64,000 bases of DNA from Laetmonice hystrix. Taxonomy: Eukaryota. Under the pieces are notes generated by a model. The model made no database searches. It saw only the letters and a list, made by a program, of their open reading frames with translations, and was not told the DNA's origin. This document shows positions 26,207-47,461 of this stretch, piece after piece. The stretch is from positions 3,908,001-3,972,000 of the forward strand of contig OZ249436.1 of assembly GCA_965235115.1 (NCBI GenBank), in the 5' to 3' direction. The position numbers and the translations under genes were made by a program. How positions within the stretch are numbered: the stretch's first letter is position 1; every line of letters starts with the position of its first letter.

Positions 26207-27213
26207 TCCAGATACAGAAATTCCTGATAGTCAGAGCCCCTACATGTACGGTTTGTGCGTAAACTGTCCTGATAGTCAGAGCCCCTACATGTACGGTTTG
26301 TCCGTAAACTGTACGTTTTCAGACTGTGATCTCCAGATACAGACATTCCTGATAGTCAGAGCCCCTACATGTACGGTTTGTCCGTAAACCGTACGTTTTC
26401 AGACTGTGATCTCCAGATACAGAAAGTCCTGATAGTCAGAGCCCCTACATGTACGGTTTGTCCGTAAACTGTCCTGATAGTCAGAGCCCCTACATGTACG
26501 GTTTGTGCGTAAACCGTACGTTTTCAGACTGCGATCTCCAGATACAGAAATTCCTGATAGTCAGAGCCCCTATATGTTTGTCCGTAAACTGTATGTTTTC
26601 AGACTGCGATCTCCAGATACAGAAAGTCCTGATAGTCAGAGCCCCTATACGTACGGTTTGTGCGTAAACTGTATATGTTTTCAGACTGCGATCTCCAGAT
26701 ACAGGAATTCCTGATAGTCAGAGCCCCTACATGTACGGTTTGTCCGTAAACCGTACGTTTTCAGACTGCGATCTCCAGATACAGACATTCCTGGTAGTCA
26801 GAGCCCCTACATGTACGGTTTGTCCGTAAACTGTCCTGATAGTCAGAGCCCCTACATGTACGGTTTGTGCGTAAGCCGTACGTTTTCAGACTGCGATCTC
26901 CAGATACAGAAATTCCTGATAGTCAGAGCCCCTATATGTTTGTCCGTAAACTGTATGTTTTCAGACTGCGATCTCCAGATACAGAAAGTCCTGATAGTCA
27001 GAGCCCCTATACGTACGGTTTGTGCGTAAACTGTATATGTTTTCAGACTGCGATCTCCAGATACAGGAATTCCTGATAGTCAGAGCCCCTACATGTACGG
27101 TTTGTCCGTAAACCGTACGTTTTCAGACTGCGATCTCCAGATACAGACATTCCTGGTAGTCAGAGCCCCTACATGTACGGTTTGTCCGTAAACTGTACGT
27201 TTTCAGACTGTGA
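26207..27213. repeat. ~80-bp tandem repeat with a 362-bp higher-order duplication
   Basis: ctccagatacaga..cctgatagtcagagcccctacatgtacggtttgtccgtaaac units; variant pattern repeats at +362 (ORFs at 26449/26811 and 26505/26867 nearly identical). Confidence 0.93.
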
Positions 27214-27764
27214 TCGACGGTTATACGGCCAGTAGCAAAATCTCACGGAAAATAAAATGGTCACCTTATACTTGCGATCACACTCTATCGGAGAGCTTAT
27301 ACACGTAAACGACCGCTAAGTTGACTTAGAGGCTGGTGATTATAGAGTTATACGACCGCTAAGTTGACTTAGAGGCTGGTGATTATAGCGATCTGACATA
27401 ACCCACAGCATCCTGACAGGGCAGGCCTAGACGCGTTCCCCATTCTTCTTATTTCTTTTATTTTGGGGCAGTCCATAAATTACGTAACGCTATACTGACC
27501 AAAATCTGCCCCCCCCCGTAACGCTTTCAATGGAGCTTGAATGAACCGTAACGCTTGGACATACACTCCACTAACACCCCCACACCCCTAAGCGTTAGGC
27601 CTACGTAATTTATGGAAGGCCCCTTTTATTCTTTGTATTTCTTTTCATTTGAAGACAAATTGCTATAGCCTTATGTTGAGGAAGGCAGACCAGCGCCCTT
27701 TTACAATTCTTTTCCTTATTTTCTCTATTTGTCTTTATAGAAAACGAATTGACAGAATACTGAC

Positions 27765-28020
27765 CCTGTACATTGAGATACTGGTAAGAAAGGCTGGCCT
27801 GGAGCCGTTTCCCAGCATGTCGATACTCTGAGCCTTGAGCAGGCGTTGTTTGTAGGCGGGCATGACGCTGGCCACTGTTGACGCCACCTTGAGGCCGATA
27901 GCGTACGACTTCCGGCGAAGGTTCACGGCTAGTTTCTCCTTGCCCGCACTGCTGGCACGTGGTTTCCGGAGGTCAAGGCGGTCCGGCCCCGGTGTACCCG
28001 GCAAACTGGGCATCTTCACG
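27765..28020 (-). CDS. Probable upstream (N-terminal) exon of the TRPA-like gene
   Basis: Acceptor tttattccAG (28022-28021), donor GTCAGT after 27765, open frame MPSLPGTPGPDRLDLRKPRASSAGKEK...SMYR, GC-rich coding-like composition. Phase-compatible candidate exons follow (22580-22517, 21962-21830, 21548-21502) but the chain to 20621 could not be closed. Confidence 0.45.
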
Positions 28021-28916
28021 CTGGAATAAACCCGACAGACATGTCAAGATCATCTGTGGCAGAGATATATGTGTACGTGGTGGTTATCCCCCCCTCCACA
28101 ACAAACCCCCAACCTATCCATATCCCTAGCCCTGCCTTCAAGGACAAAGTGTGGATATAGGCTAATGACGGGGTCATGCCTTTGCGACTTTCTGTTTAGT
28201 CTTATTAAAACGCACTGACATAGGCCTTATATATGTCTCCATGCACATATTAGAATCTGTAGGCCTACACCTGTAGGCTATAGCTTCCAACAAGTGGATC
28301 CTCTATTTTTTTCAGCTGCGGCTGCAAGATATCTGTTTGGCTCTGTGCATCAATCAGTTCTCAGACAGAAAGGCGTCGGCAAAGGTCGCCGCTACACGTG
28401 TTTGGCTGTGAACGTAAGGCAGATTGTGAACTGACGTTAAACATCACGAACTGATATCTTAACAGTTGAACGGAGAGTAACGGCAAAACAGGAGATATTG
28501 CTTTCTATTTGAAGGGGCAGTCAAGGTCAATTAGTTCCCCATACACATTAGTCATGCATTGCATAGAAAGCCTATCTTCAAGTGGGGGTCGAGAGGGGGG
28601 CCGGACCCCACCCCACCCAGTAGACAGAAGACTATACCTTTTCGTGCAAAAAAAATGCAGAAAACTGTTTTCCTGCAGGTTTCAGTAAAGAGAAATCGCC
28701 TTCAATAGAGCTCTAGCTTTTAAAAGTCTACACCTCTCCCAAATGTTCCACTTTTTCTAAAATTATAATCCACTTCTTTAAAGAGGTCCCCTTTTCAAAC
28801 AAATTGTGGCTACGGATCCGATTGTTAAGTTTTAAATGTGGATGGGCCGTGGCAGGGAGATTTGGTTGTATTCTGATCAGTATGGGGGGGGGGGGATCAG
28901 TAGGCCTATATAGGGT

Positions 28917-29203
28917 AGTGGCGTATCCAGGGGGGTTTCCAAGTATCCCGGAACCCCTCCCCCCTTGAAAAATTACTAGGCCTATATTAAGGACATCTTT
29001 GTAAAACAGGAGTGTAAAAAGTGCTTGCATGGTTATTTTAACCAAAGGGAATCTTCATATTTCCAAACAAGATGTTCTGAGATTGCAATATTTGATGTCT
29101 ATTTTTATCAATTTCCCAGAGGAGCATGGCCAGGCCATCTCTGACGTACCTGAACTTAGAACCCCCCCCCCCCCCCCCCAAACCAATTTCTGGATACGCC
29201 GCT
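28917..29203. mobile_element. MITE (agtggcgtatccag...ctggatacgccgct); related remnants scattered through the window
   Basis: Inverted termini with poly-G/poly-C subterminal tracts; similar ends near 3500, 18100, 19800-19920, 20770-20920, 46090-46660. Confidence 0.65.
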
Positions 29204-29635
29204 GTAGGGCCTCAAGTCGGCAGCATTTTAACAGTCAAGTCAGTGTTCACTAATATAGTTGCATCCCCGAGCCATAGCTGCGAAATGGTTCAGAAAGCAA
29301 GCAACAAGTTAAGCAGGTCCTCGATAAGAAGAGGGCTGCTTGACAGCTGTGGATCTGGCTTAGATTAGCATCAGACAGCTTTGGTACTCGCCTCTTGCCG
29401 GTGGGCCCGTAACAAACCCAGGCTTAGGTCGACAGGAATTCCTGGACGGAACCATGTATACGTGTATCGGTGCCAGTTTGTGTACGTGTGAGGAGAATAA
29501 ATTGTTTGAAAGGACATGACACAGGTCTAAGGCCCGTTTATTCCGGTCGGGGGGGGGGGGGGTCAATATGTGACATTCTAATTATACATGAATAAACCTC
29601 ATGAAAGCAGGCCTACCTCAATCCCAGCTACTCGG

Positions 29636-29670
29636 AGAGAGGGAGAGAGAGAGAGCGGGAGGGAGGGAGG

Positions 29671-29748
<78 letters not shown>

Positions 29749-29800
29749 CAGACAGACAATCAGAGACAGACAGAGAGATAGCAGATAGAGAGACAGAGAG
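29636..29800. repeat. (AG)n/(AGAC)n microsatellite
   Basis: Direct inspection; similar tracts at 32366-32580 and 54060-54210. Confidence 0.97.
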
Positions 29801-30230
29801 AAATGGGGTTTATGGTGTTTAAAGTCTCGTGCCCGTTTTACAAAGTCTTTGAAGATTAAAATTTATACCTATAAAGCATCTGCATGGTTGCTCACAACAT
29901 ATGAATATGCTATCATATAGTGCAATTATAGACCTGTTACGTGCGCCCCCTATACCCATCACAATTTCCTAATTAGAACCTGCATGTTTAAACTGTTTAT
30001 CAATGTTTAACCAATTCACCGCCCCTTTCCATCATAAGCTATCTGCCCGTATGACAACGGATGTTGTCAGGAGGCCTACACAAGTGGGTTTCCCATGCCC
30101 CGCTTGCTCCATTTTACCACCACCCAACCCCCGGTTACTTTTTCCACACGAACTGCCACGTGGGCCACGTTGTACCCTATACAAAATGTACCTTCATCCA
30201 CAAAACACGTAACATTTCCATGACATTGGG

Positions 30231-30484
30231 TGTTGAGTTCAGGGGCAAAGCTCGGGGCAGGGATGAGTCCTCTGTGGGAGGTCTCAGGACTGGGAGTTGA
30301 GTTTAGGGGCAGAGCTCGGGGCAGGGATGAGTCCTCTGTGGGAGGTCTCAGGACTGGGAGTTGAGTTTAGGGGCAGAGCTCGGGGCAGGGATGAGTCCTC
30401 TGTGGGAGGTCTCAGGACTGGGAGTTGAGTTTAGGGGCAGAGCTCGGGGCAGGGATGAGTCCTCTGTGGGAGGTCTCAGGACTG
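30231..30484. repeat. 64-bp tandem repeat (4 copies)
   Basis: Unit gttgagtttaggggcagagctcggggcagggatgagtcctctgtgggaggtctcaggactggga. Confidence 0.95.
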
Positions 30485-32449
30485 CGACTATTGGGATTAG
30501 AGTTAGCTTTCAAATTTTCAGATGTTCAGTTTATAGACGCCCAAATTTGATGGAACTGTTACCATAGGTTCATTCTTGCCAAGGCAGACAGACTTACCCG
30601 GAAATTTACGGTACTTGAGGTACTTCGGGTAAGTTACCGGCGAGCATAGCAGGCAGCGCGGATACGTAATCCGGTCATTCGCGTCTGTTCAACGATCGAA
30701 GTGAGGTCCCATGGCTGAATAACCATTCCGACTATAGCAGGACATCTCTGACGTTAATAACCATTCCGACTATAGCAGGACATCCCTGACGTTAATAACC
30801 ATTGCGACTACAGCAGGACCTCCCTGGCGTTGTGTAATGTTGTATGGAGCAGGTATGATTGCAGTATGAACACACCCCTCGGCTCCGCGTGTATCGTGTC
30901 TGCTGACTGCTGCCGTACCACTTCCTGGTACCAGGAAATGCTCGGAGATGGTGTGACTGTGGGTGATGTTACCCAGATGGTGGGGAGGAAACGTACGCCG
31001 ACTTGCCGATAAGTGCCTCGCCATCATTCCAATTATAGACCCTCCTTATGGAAGGTTGACGGTGCCAGCTCGGCCGACACCAGCGGTACAGGGCGCGGGT
31101 ACGGTCAGCGTCTGCATCACGTCATGCAGAAGACATTCCAGTCAAATTTCAACTGTTAAATATCAACGGAAGAAACTATACATGTATGTTGAACAAGGCC
31201 GGGCTTCAATCTAATTGTCTTCTCGTCTACTGTAAATCTACTTCTTATGGTCATTTCTTCATGTAGGCCTATAGGCCTACATGTATTATCCGTAGGCTTT
31301 GCGTTTGGGGCAAATGAATAACTTTTATTGGCCACCCACCAAGTTTTATTGGTCCAAGAAAGGTATTCAAATGCAAATTTTATAAATCAAACAATGAACC
31401 CGCAGGGGTGGGTCCAGGTTTGCCCCAAGGGGTGGATGGGGTGCCGAGAGGGGGGTTATGGGTGCCAAGGGGGTTGTGTTTGTTTAGGTTGAACTTTTCA
31501 AGCAGAAAAAAAAGAAAAAATACTTCGTAGGGGGGCGGGCGGGGGTTGCGACCCCCGTAACCGCCTCCCCTTCTGGGTCCACCACTAAAACTACGGATCC
31601 ATCCTCTCACCGATGTATAGGGCCTATACAGTCATAGGCATAAAGTATAGAGTAGGCCTAATGTCGCAAGATATCCTTTTGAGATTTGTTAAGCCGAGCT
31701 GTTTTATAGATATCTACTTGAGGGAGTAAATCGAGGAGCACATTTAGGACCATTGTGTGGCTTTATGTGCGGTGTCGGTCTTAGAATAAACGGCTCCTGG
31801 TGAAGTGCTGCGGGAGGGCCCGTCAGAAAGGTCATCATGACTGATACAGCCTGGTGACCTTTGACGTTAGACACGTTGCTGTCGGTTGAAGACAAATACT
31901 GGAGTCGGTCGAGTGGATATGGTTGGCAGACGTTAACAAGTGCGGGATAAATCTACCGTTATCCGTTATTTACTGGGGATAGACCGCACCAAATCAATGA
32001 TAAAGGATCTTCGCGTATGGGACCAGCAAGTACGTATTTGTGTATTTGTTCGGCGAAGTGCACAGGTCCTGCATGTTGGGACGTTAATTATCTGTCATTA
32101 CGGGACATTCTGTACATTTAACCATTTATGGCCCCTTGCTCAGCCAGAATACACACTTCGACCTCTGACGCACTTCTGCAAATCAACCAGCTATATCTTT
32201 GTTCTCGCAATAAAGGCCCATAATTATGTCCACTTCAAAGTGGACATAACGCCATACATGTATAACGCCATAACGCCATACATGTATAACGCCATAACGC
32301 CAAATGGCGTTATGACTTTAAACAGGACTTTAGGCCCTATATTATTTTAGTTATTTTCGTCCATCGAGAGAGAGAGAGAGAAACAGACAGAGACAGACAG
32401 ATAGCAGATAGAGAGACAGAGAGAAGAGAGAGAGAGGGAGAGAGGGAGA

Positions 32450-32580
<131 letters not shown>

Positions 32581-33725
32581 CTGACAGACACACGGACAGA
32601 TTTTCAAAGATAGTGTTTGGTCGGCAGCTAGTGCAACCATGAAGAAACCCTTTTTTTAAACGACCTTGTAGACTATTGGGGGCGATCCTCTACATTCTGT
32701 TGACTTTAACCTGAATCTTGGATATCCAGGACTTTTTACAGAAAGGGGCATCCATAACGTTCCTATATGTAAGAGCTTTGGAGCATGCCGAAAAACTGCC
32801 TTCAGGGAGCTACAAAAAGAGTCTGCATTTTGTTCGTGCACGCTCTTTCAACGATGCTGGCGCCATCTAACGACCACTTCTCGTAAACAGCTGAAAGAAG
32901 CTTCCTTCGCGCTCGACAGCCACGGATCATGAGGCCCCCACAACCGTTTTAAACAGCGTCTCAATTTCACAAAACATGGCCTTTCATCAAATTCAAATTA
33001 TATCTGCAAAGCTGTTTCATCCATGACTCCCCGATACCTTTCTATCAGATTCAGTTTGATGGGTATTATGTAAAAATAAAATCATAAGTCGCAAAATCGG
33101 CTTTCAAGCGACTAGAAATCTTGCGAAGCCACGAGATTGTACATCATATGGGGTTCTGCCTGTTCAGGATCCGTTCAGACGCAGTTACAAGGCGGATTCA
33201 GTTGGGGGGGGGGGGGGGGGGTCAGAAGGGGGGCCCTCCGACTGAAAATGTTTGGGAATATAAAGCCGGGTGTTAACACATTCAGCTAAAGATCGTACAA
33301 AGAATATTCCGAGCGATTTTTGGCCATGATTATTTGACAGCTCACATGCACGTTTATTGGAGACAGAGGGAGGAAAACGGCCGAGATCAGGGGGGGGGGG
33401 GGGGGGTCACGACTCGTTCACTTTATCCAAGACAAAATTAAGCGAGGTATAGTAGTTCCAGTTCCGGAAGCCCTGGGTGACGTGGGCCTGGTTGGTCCGC
33501 CCACACGGGATGACTGGCCAATTTCAGTAACCAGCTAGAGTGGTCCTAAGGTGGAAGGGGCAAGTCGGAACATTCAGATAAATGATAATCAAGACTAAAA
33601 TCAATTTGAAGGTTTTATTTCCCTCGGACTGAATGGCAACTGCCATATCGATTAGTAGTCTTTGGTTTTCAGAAGACTGTTCTATCTGAATATCTGCATC
33701 AGCTCCTCCCGACAGTTCGTGCCGT

Positions 33726-40972
<7,247 letters not shown>

Positions 40973-40989
40973 CTTGCCGCTCGCCGGGT

Positions 40990-41035
40990 GAAAAAGGCCG
41001 AGCACCGACCGGCCAGAAAGAGGTCAACTTCCTGT
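40990..41035 (-). promoter_or_regulatory. TCT/5'TOP-type start of RPL3 within a short divergent promoter shared with NDUFB10
   Basis: Minus strand reads aggaagttgaCCTCTTTCtggcc...cCTTTTTCacc..aagATG. Polypyrimidine initiators preceded by a GGAAG (ETS-like) motif are typical of ribosomal-protein genes. Confidence 0.65.
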
Positions 41036-41590
41036 CCTTACCATGTTCTTCGTGAGTTTAAACAGAGGAGATTTCTGTCGTTTATTAAACCAAAATTCAG
41101 TACTTCTACTCTTTTCTGTTAAAAATTAACACTGTAAAGACCAATGTAATACGGCCAAAAAAGTAAATCTAAAGATCAATATATAAAAAAAGGAAAGTCT
41201 CTTTCTTTATTTTACAGTACCTTCAGGATTAGGGTAAATCGATGATTCTTCCGGTCATTTTGTGGCATGCTGTTATTAAAAGAAATGTCAAATGATATTT
41301 AGGGCTAGAAAGTTGGAGTTTGGCATTCGTATTTATTCGGAGGAGACTTGACATCACACTTGATATCTACCATCATGAATAACAAAAAAACTGATATTTT
41401 TCTGATAGCGACATGCCACCATCACGTCCTGACTGGTTCCCTGCTCAACTCCTATCTCCGAGGGAAGGGAGGAGTGAGCAGGGGACCAGTCGGCATCCCC
41501 ACGTCCTGCCCAACATTGGCAACAAGGTCGCGGTGAAGTACATCGTTGTTTGGGTTCTTCTTTACGCGGACGCGGAAGAAAGCCCTCAAA

Positions 41591-44500
41591 ATGACCGACG
41601 ACTTGCCAGGCCCAGAAACTGCTAATAATAGATTTGAAAAATTTTGCTATGCAGCTTTTGGGATCGTCGATAAGCCAGTGACATGGTTCAGGGGTAGGTG
41701 TACAGAACTGTCACAGTGTCAGAAGATCATCTTCAAGATGCCTAACTTAGTAACTACGTTAGGGCCTAGGCCTAGTCACTCAGTGGAGATCTACTCCCTG
41801 TCACTAGTGGCGCTGGTGTCAGCGTCTTGTGGGCTAGGCCTCAGGTACTCCCTTCTTCGTGGGCCTACCCCCCCCCCCCCGGTACTTAGCTTAGCCTGTC
41901 TAGGGCTAGGCTTAGCTCAGGCTTAGCCAAGACCCCAAGTCATGATTACCCCTTATCCTTGGGTTAGGCTAATAGTAATATTGACTCAATAATTGAGTAA
42001 TAATAACTATCTATCTAATTAGGCTCTTACAGTTAGTACTTACAGTTACACTATCTCATCTCTAACGTTACAGACAACAAGATTCAAGAGTCAAGATATG
42101 TACACTTATGGCGGGCTCAGACAGAGCGACGCGACTGCTTGCGACGCAACTCTATCGTCGTGTCGGCCTGTCTGAGCTACATTGCAACGCGATTTTGGCC
42201 AGTTGCAGTTGCGTCGCAAGACATTAAACATGTTTAATATTTGGCGACTGGTCGCAACTGGTTGCTTTGTCTGAGCAGGCTGCCAACGCGACTGGACCGT
42301 TGCTAGCGGTAATAACCAATAAGAGACAATCATTATAGTTCGCTTGACGATTACAACGTCACAAGCTCATTGTGACGTAACAGGATCACTGTAGTAGCGG
42401 CGGTCGCATTGCTCTGTGTGAGCTCCCCCGTCTTTCAGTCGTGTGCAACTTGTGATTCACTGCAACTGTTGCCATTGCAAGGAATCGCGTTGCATCGCTC
42501 TGTCTGAGCCCACCATTACACTTACAAGTTACAGTTACACAAGAATTTTTTTTGCAGGGGGGGGGGGCTAAAGTAACAGAAGGATACTCTAATAGTAGTA
42601 CTGCTACTCTGTGATGACTGACAACCCCCCCACCCCCCACCAAATTTTAAAAATTCTTCACCTGGCCTAGGCTAGGGCTAGGCCGGCTAGGTAGGACCGC
42701 AGGTGTCTGACATGTCCTTCCTAGCCCAGGCCAGGGGCCTGCATTACTAAGAATATTCATTGCCAAATGGCGACGTCCCAGCGACATCCCCCAATGAATG
42801 TCTTCTTAGTAAAGCTAGGAACAGACAGGATGCGATGCAACATGCTTTTTTCAACGCCCCAGAAAGCTCCCAATGATGGTTTTCTATGTGAGTGAACACA
42901 CCGCACGCTACACCCTGTGCAACGCCATGCGACAAAATCAGGAAAAGCCTCGGGTTTTTTTATCATGCACGTCACATTAGCGCATTTTGATGCAATGGGT
43001 TTCTCCTCATGCTGGTGCCATGTTTTGTCCTTTCCGACATCTGAATAAGTACAAAGAACGTATGTGATGTTCTTTGATAAGTACGGCCTAATCAGACAAT
43101 AGGCCCTTGGATTTCATGCTACCAGACCCATGGAAACCCTGTGATACTGCATCACAATCCACAATACTGATGACTAAATAAATCTTCAGAATTATTTAAT
43201 ATATTTCCTACCGGGTATAAAAAAAAAAAAAAAATATATTAGCAGAGGCCCAATTATAACTTAAAGCATTCATTAGACAAGTCGTGGCGCGTGGTGATGC
43301 CTGTGGTGTGTTTACTCAAACTTTATGCCACATATTGTCCCTCAACTCAAGGTCGATACAGGGCTTCAGATAATATTTTAAGGTGGGGAGTTTTTGACTC
43401 CCCCTCTTTTTTCAGGTTGCGTATTGTAGTACCCATCCTCAACAAGTGTTGCGTATTTGACTTCCAACTTTCAACTGACCTGCATGTGTTTGCTAATGCT
43501 GGGAACAACTTAAACTGACAACTTATAGTATTGTCCAGTTGGCACCCTACTGGCAGGGTGCCAACGTGTCCAGCTGTTGGCACCCAGTCAGTGCTTGCTG
43601 ACCACTGCAGACCATTTTAGAAGTCCCCTCCCAACCATATATGACGCTCAGTGCAGAAGGACTCAGCGTATGGGAAGCTTTTATTACCCAATACTGATGC
43701 GTTTTTGACGATAGGGTCTTCAAAATTACTGCGTATTTCCACCACTTCAGTGCGTAAATACGCAAATACGCACCTTATCTGAAGCCCTGTCGATAACTCA
43801 CTATGTATCGTACTATATAGTTATAACTGCCTATGGTTTAAATGAACTATGAGGACAGGGTGATTCAGTGATTTTCTTACATTTGTAATGTTTCAGAAAA
43901 AATTGTGGTGCCAAATCAAAGCAAGAACAAGTCGTATTACTACCATCGACGATTTCGTCGAGTCCCAACAATTGATGAGTGTGATGTGAACGACTATGTA
44001 TGCTTTTTTGAGGCACAGCAGCAATTCAAGAGGGATAAGTATGTCAGAATGTTATGCAATAATATATATTCTAAGTATTCCCCACAGCTTGGATATATTG
44101 TATTTTATAAATGACAACAATCTAAAACAGAACTTCAGTACCGTACTAAACCAAAGCAGGCATTTTAAACTAGCCCGACAGATGTTCTTGTAAGTTTTTA
44201 GTTTTGGTGGAAAAGAAAAACTACTGTTCTGATTCATCGTTCTTATACATGTATTTTCCGTCTTCATTTCTTTCAGCTAGCTAAGAGATATTGAATTTGT
44301 AGTTTGTATGGGCATACAGGACCAGAGAGAATGATACCAGCTATAGATAGCATTGTGTGTTTTTGATGATGTTCCTCATATCAAAGCTGTATTTTTGACT
44401 GGCCCTGAACACCTAGCTGTGGGCTAGTCCAAGTAATGTATGCAAATATGTGGACTAGCAGCTCAAAGTGGTGGACTAACACTAGTCTGGACTAGTGGCC

Positions 44501-45440
44501 AAAAGCTGGATTTTTCAACCCCTGCAGGAAACATTTTCTTATAATACATTGTAATTTTGTAGTTTTTATTTTTAAAGAATTGTTCAGGTACAAAATATGA
44601 TTTCATTTTTACATATTCTAATCAGTAATGCCATTTACTGACAGGTTGGTTGATAATGAGATCCTGGATATTCTGCGTCAGAGAAGGATTGAATGTCTAT
44701 ACTACTATGGCAACGATTCAGACAGGAAGTGTACCAAGGTATCTGAGGACTACGAGACTGCAGCCACAAACTGGTTCATCAAGTGTGAGTTTATATCTGT
44801 TAGAGGGTTTTTGTTTTGAGATCTTTGTTACCTAAAGTATAAGCAGAGTAAAAGTTTGGTGAATTTCCTGATGTTCCAGTTGATTTCTTGAATCTGTCAG
44901 TCAAGAACTTGTGGATGTCAGTCAAATTTTCTATCTTTTGTCTCTGACACAAATGGATATGGGGTAGTTAGACAAGTTGACCCCCAGCCAGTACTCCGCT
45001 TCGCTCCTGGTGGGTGGGTTTGACAATTTTGGTGTCGTGGCAGGGCAGGCTGAAACTACTCCCTTTTTTTGCCACTTATCCTTATATTTTTCCGTTTTGA
45101 CTCACCAGTTCATCAAGCTAACGCACTTACCCACAAGGTCACACGCTGATTTCAGTTCTTCAAATGTCAGCCTGCCACTACTTCATAGTAAAGTAGTGCA
45201 CCAAAATTGTCACGCCCTATATTAGGACTGACTAGGGTTGGACTTGTCTGACTAGATATGGGGCTGTCCCTATAAGAGGTGTATATTTCTGGAACTCAAG
45301 ATTTAGTGACATCTCTTTCAGATGGTGATTTAGGTGCAACTGGGAATGTGAGAGATGCATACATGAAGCAGAAGCACCGACTTGTCTGGGAGAGACGGCA
45401 TGGGCCTGTTGGTTCTGGCAATAACGTGGAAGCACAATAG
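41591..45440 (+). CDS. NDUFB10: NADH dehydrogenase 1 beta subcomplex subunit 10 (PDSW), 167 aa
   Basis: Exons 41591-41693, 43897-44038, 44645-44784, 45322-45440 with consistent phases. Motifs DKPVTWFRE, YYYHRRFRRVPTIDEC..C..EAQQQFKRDKLVDNEI, C..Y....C, KYGDLGA..AYMKQKHR. Confidence 0.95.
42107..42517. mobile_element. MITE in NDUFB10 intron 1
   Basis: TIR atggcgggctcagacagagcgacgcgac / gttgcatcgctctgtctgagcccaccat. Confidence 0.75.
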
Positions 45441-46427
45441 ACATAACTTTTCAAATAATTACATTACCAAATGACATGGTTGTCATTATTGTAAAAAAAT
45501 TAAAAAAAAAACAAAAATGGCAAAGATCTTGTTTATCTATTATTTTATATATTTTGTGCATGCGATAGTGTCTGTCCATATCTCAATTCTTGGAGGTTAA
45601 TACGAAGTGAGGTCCTTCTTTCTTACATCCTCCCGTCTATGTCCCCTTCAATTAATGGATTGGCCGATTGTAATGGTAGTTAGGAATGTCAAACTTTATC
45701 ACGGAGACATAGAAAACATGCATACAGTCTGCATATTAATATTTCCAATATTTCAAATCACTATCTGGATACTGAATCACTCAGCATATCAATATTAATT
45801 GCCAACTGGCGGAATGTGGGAATCTAGGATTAATGAGATCTCAAGTTAAACAAGAGATTATTAGGCCAGCTAGGAGTCGAAACCGTAAAAGATGGATTTG
45901 TCTGAAAACTGATAGTGGTAGGCAAAACCATGGCATAGAACTGGATGGAACAAAACTAGAAAAGAAACAAATTTTTCGGATTAGATCAACAAGCAGCTAA
46001 GTGGTACCATGATATATTCTATCAATTTGGCAAAGTAGGCCTTTGAAGTAATTATTGTTATATTAAATAAATCCTACTTCACTGCCACCTCACTGGGGGA
46101 TCCAGGGGGGGGGGGCCAAGGGGCCCGGGCCCCCCCTTAAATTTTCCTTTTCCCTGCTTTTTTGGAAGAAGATGCATTATTCGGACCCTAAAACCAGTAT
46201 TTCAACAAAATTCTGTAAAAAAAAGCCTCCTATATTGTACGTGAAAGTAACATCGGGCCCAATAGGGCCTCCTCAGTCATCCAGGAGCAACAACTCTGGC
46301 CGTCTGGGTCATGCAGCATTGAAATAGACTAAAAGGGGCCCAAAATGGCCATGATTACAATAAAATCATACAGAGCTTGGTGAGGGCTAAAAAAATGTTA
46401 GGTGGGTCCCCCCTTATCAAAATCCTG

Positions 46428-46645
46428 GGTGGGTTGCACTAACGGTCCTAGGGGTGAGGACTGAATTTAGGACCAGTCCTACATTCAACAGGGGCCAATA
46501 CCCATAATTTAATGTAATTCGTATACTTTTATATCTCAAGGGCTATTCAAACTCAGATAGATATGAAGTGCTTGGGGGGCATGACACTCCGTAGGACTGG
46601 TCCTAAATTCAGTCCTAACCCGTAGGACCGTTAGTGCAACCCGCC
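46428..46645. mobile_element. Long-TIR MITE nested in the end of another MITE (46092-46658)
   Basis: gggttgcactaacggtcctaggggtgaggactgaatttaggaccagtcctac / gtaggactggtcctaaattcagtcctaacccgtaggaccgttagtgcaaccc; it interrupts the aaatcctg|gatccccc terminus of the host element. Confidence 0.75.
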
Positions 46646-47461
46646 GGATCCCCCACTGTACATGTGTACCATCAAAGGCCCCTCATCCCGCCCTTCAAAG
46701 ATCAGCGCCGTGTGGTAGCACCGCCTCAGGCTCAGTCTGGTCAGTCTGGGATAAGTTCTCAGAACAACAGGATCCTGTTTAGTTCTCATTCTTTGCGCTA
46801 GTTGCTTTAGAACACCTCAAACTGCCAGTAGGTGACGCCACCCTCGAATAACTGGCGCCACCTGGTGAGTATGGATCGCCCTCATGTCTGGCGTATGCCA
46901 ACAGAGGGCGTGATGATCAAGGTTAGCAGGACAAGATGCCATGCCAGAGGTTGGTAGGCCAATAATATGTAAAGATTAGCTGTTTATAAGAGGAAGACCA
47001 TGTTAGCATGTATTAGTAACCTTATTAAGGTGCAATAATGTTCGTATAACACTTATCTAGCCTTCACTGATAAGTTATTACTGTAAGAATGAATCACGTT
47101 GGCTCCCAGGGCCGTGGGAATTATTGAGGGAAAGTCAGGTACGACAACACCAATTCATTTTGGCTGAGGCACTTGATAACAACTAACAAACAGAGATATT
47201 TGGCAGTTGCGTAACATTTGCCCAGTAGAGTCTACATGTATATTATTATTAATGAATTTATCTATGACTATTTACAGACTACTGACAAGAACTTAAGAAA
47301 TAATCAAGTTTGGAAATTTGGAAAGTTGAACTTAAGTTGTATGCATTAGCCTAGGCCTATGCAGGCCAATTAAAACTAAAAATGACATTGACTGTAAGTG
47401 TGTTGTTGTCATGTACCCAGTAAACCTTTTTGATGGACCTTTTCAACAATTCAATTTCAGG

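Noticed and set aside
30598..31130. GC-rich ORFs and a minus-strand donor near 30597
   Set aside because: Could be a TRPA 5' exon, but no recognisable protein or verifiable linkage.
46820..46870. Two CTCF-like motifs
   Set aside because: Short motif matches also occur inside exons; not supportable without ChIP data.
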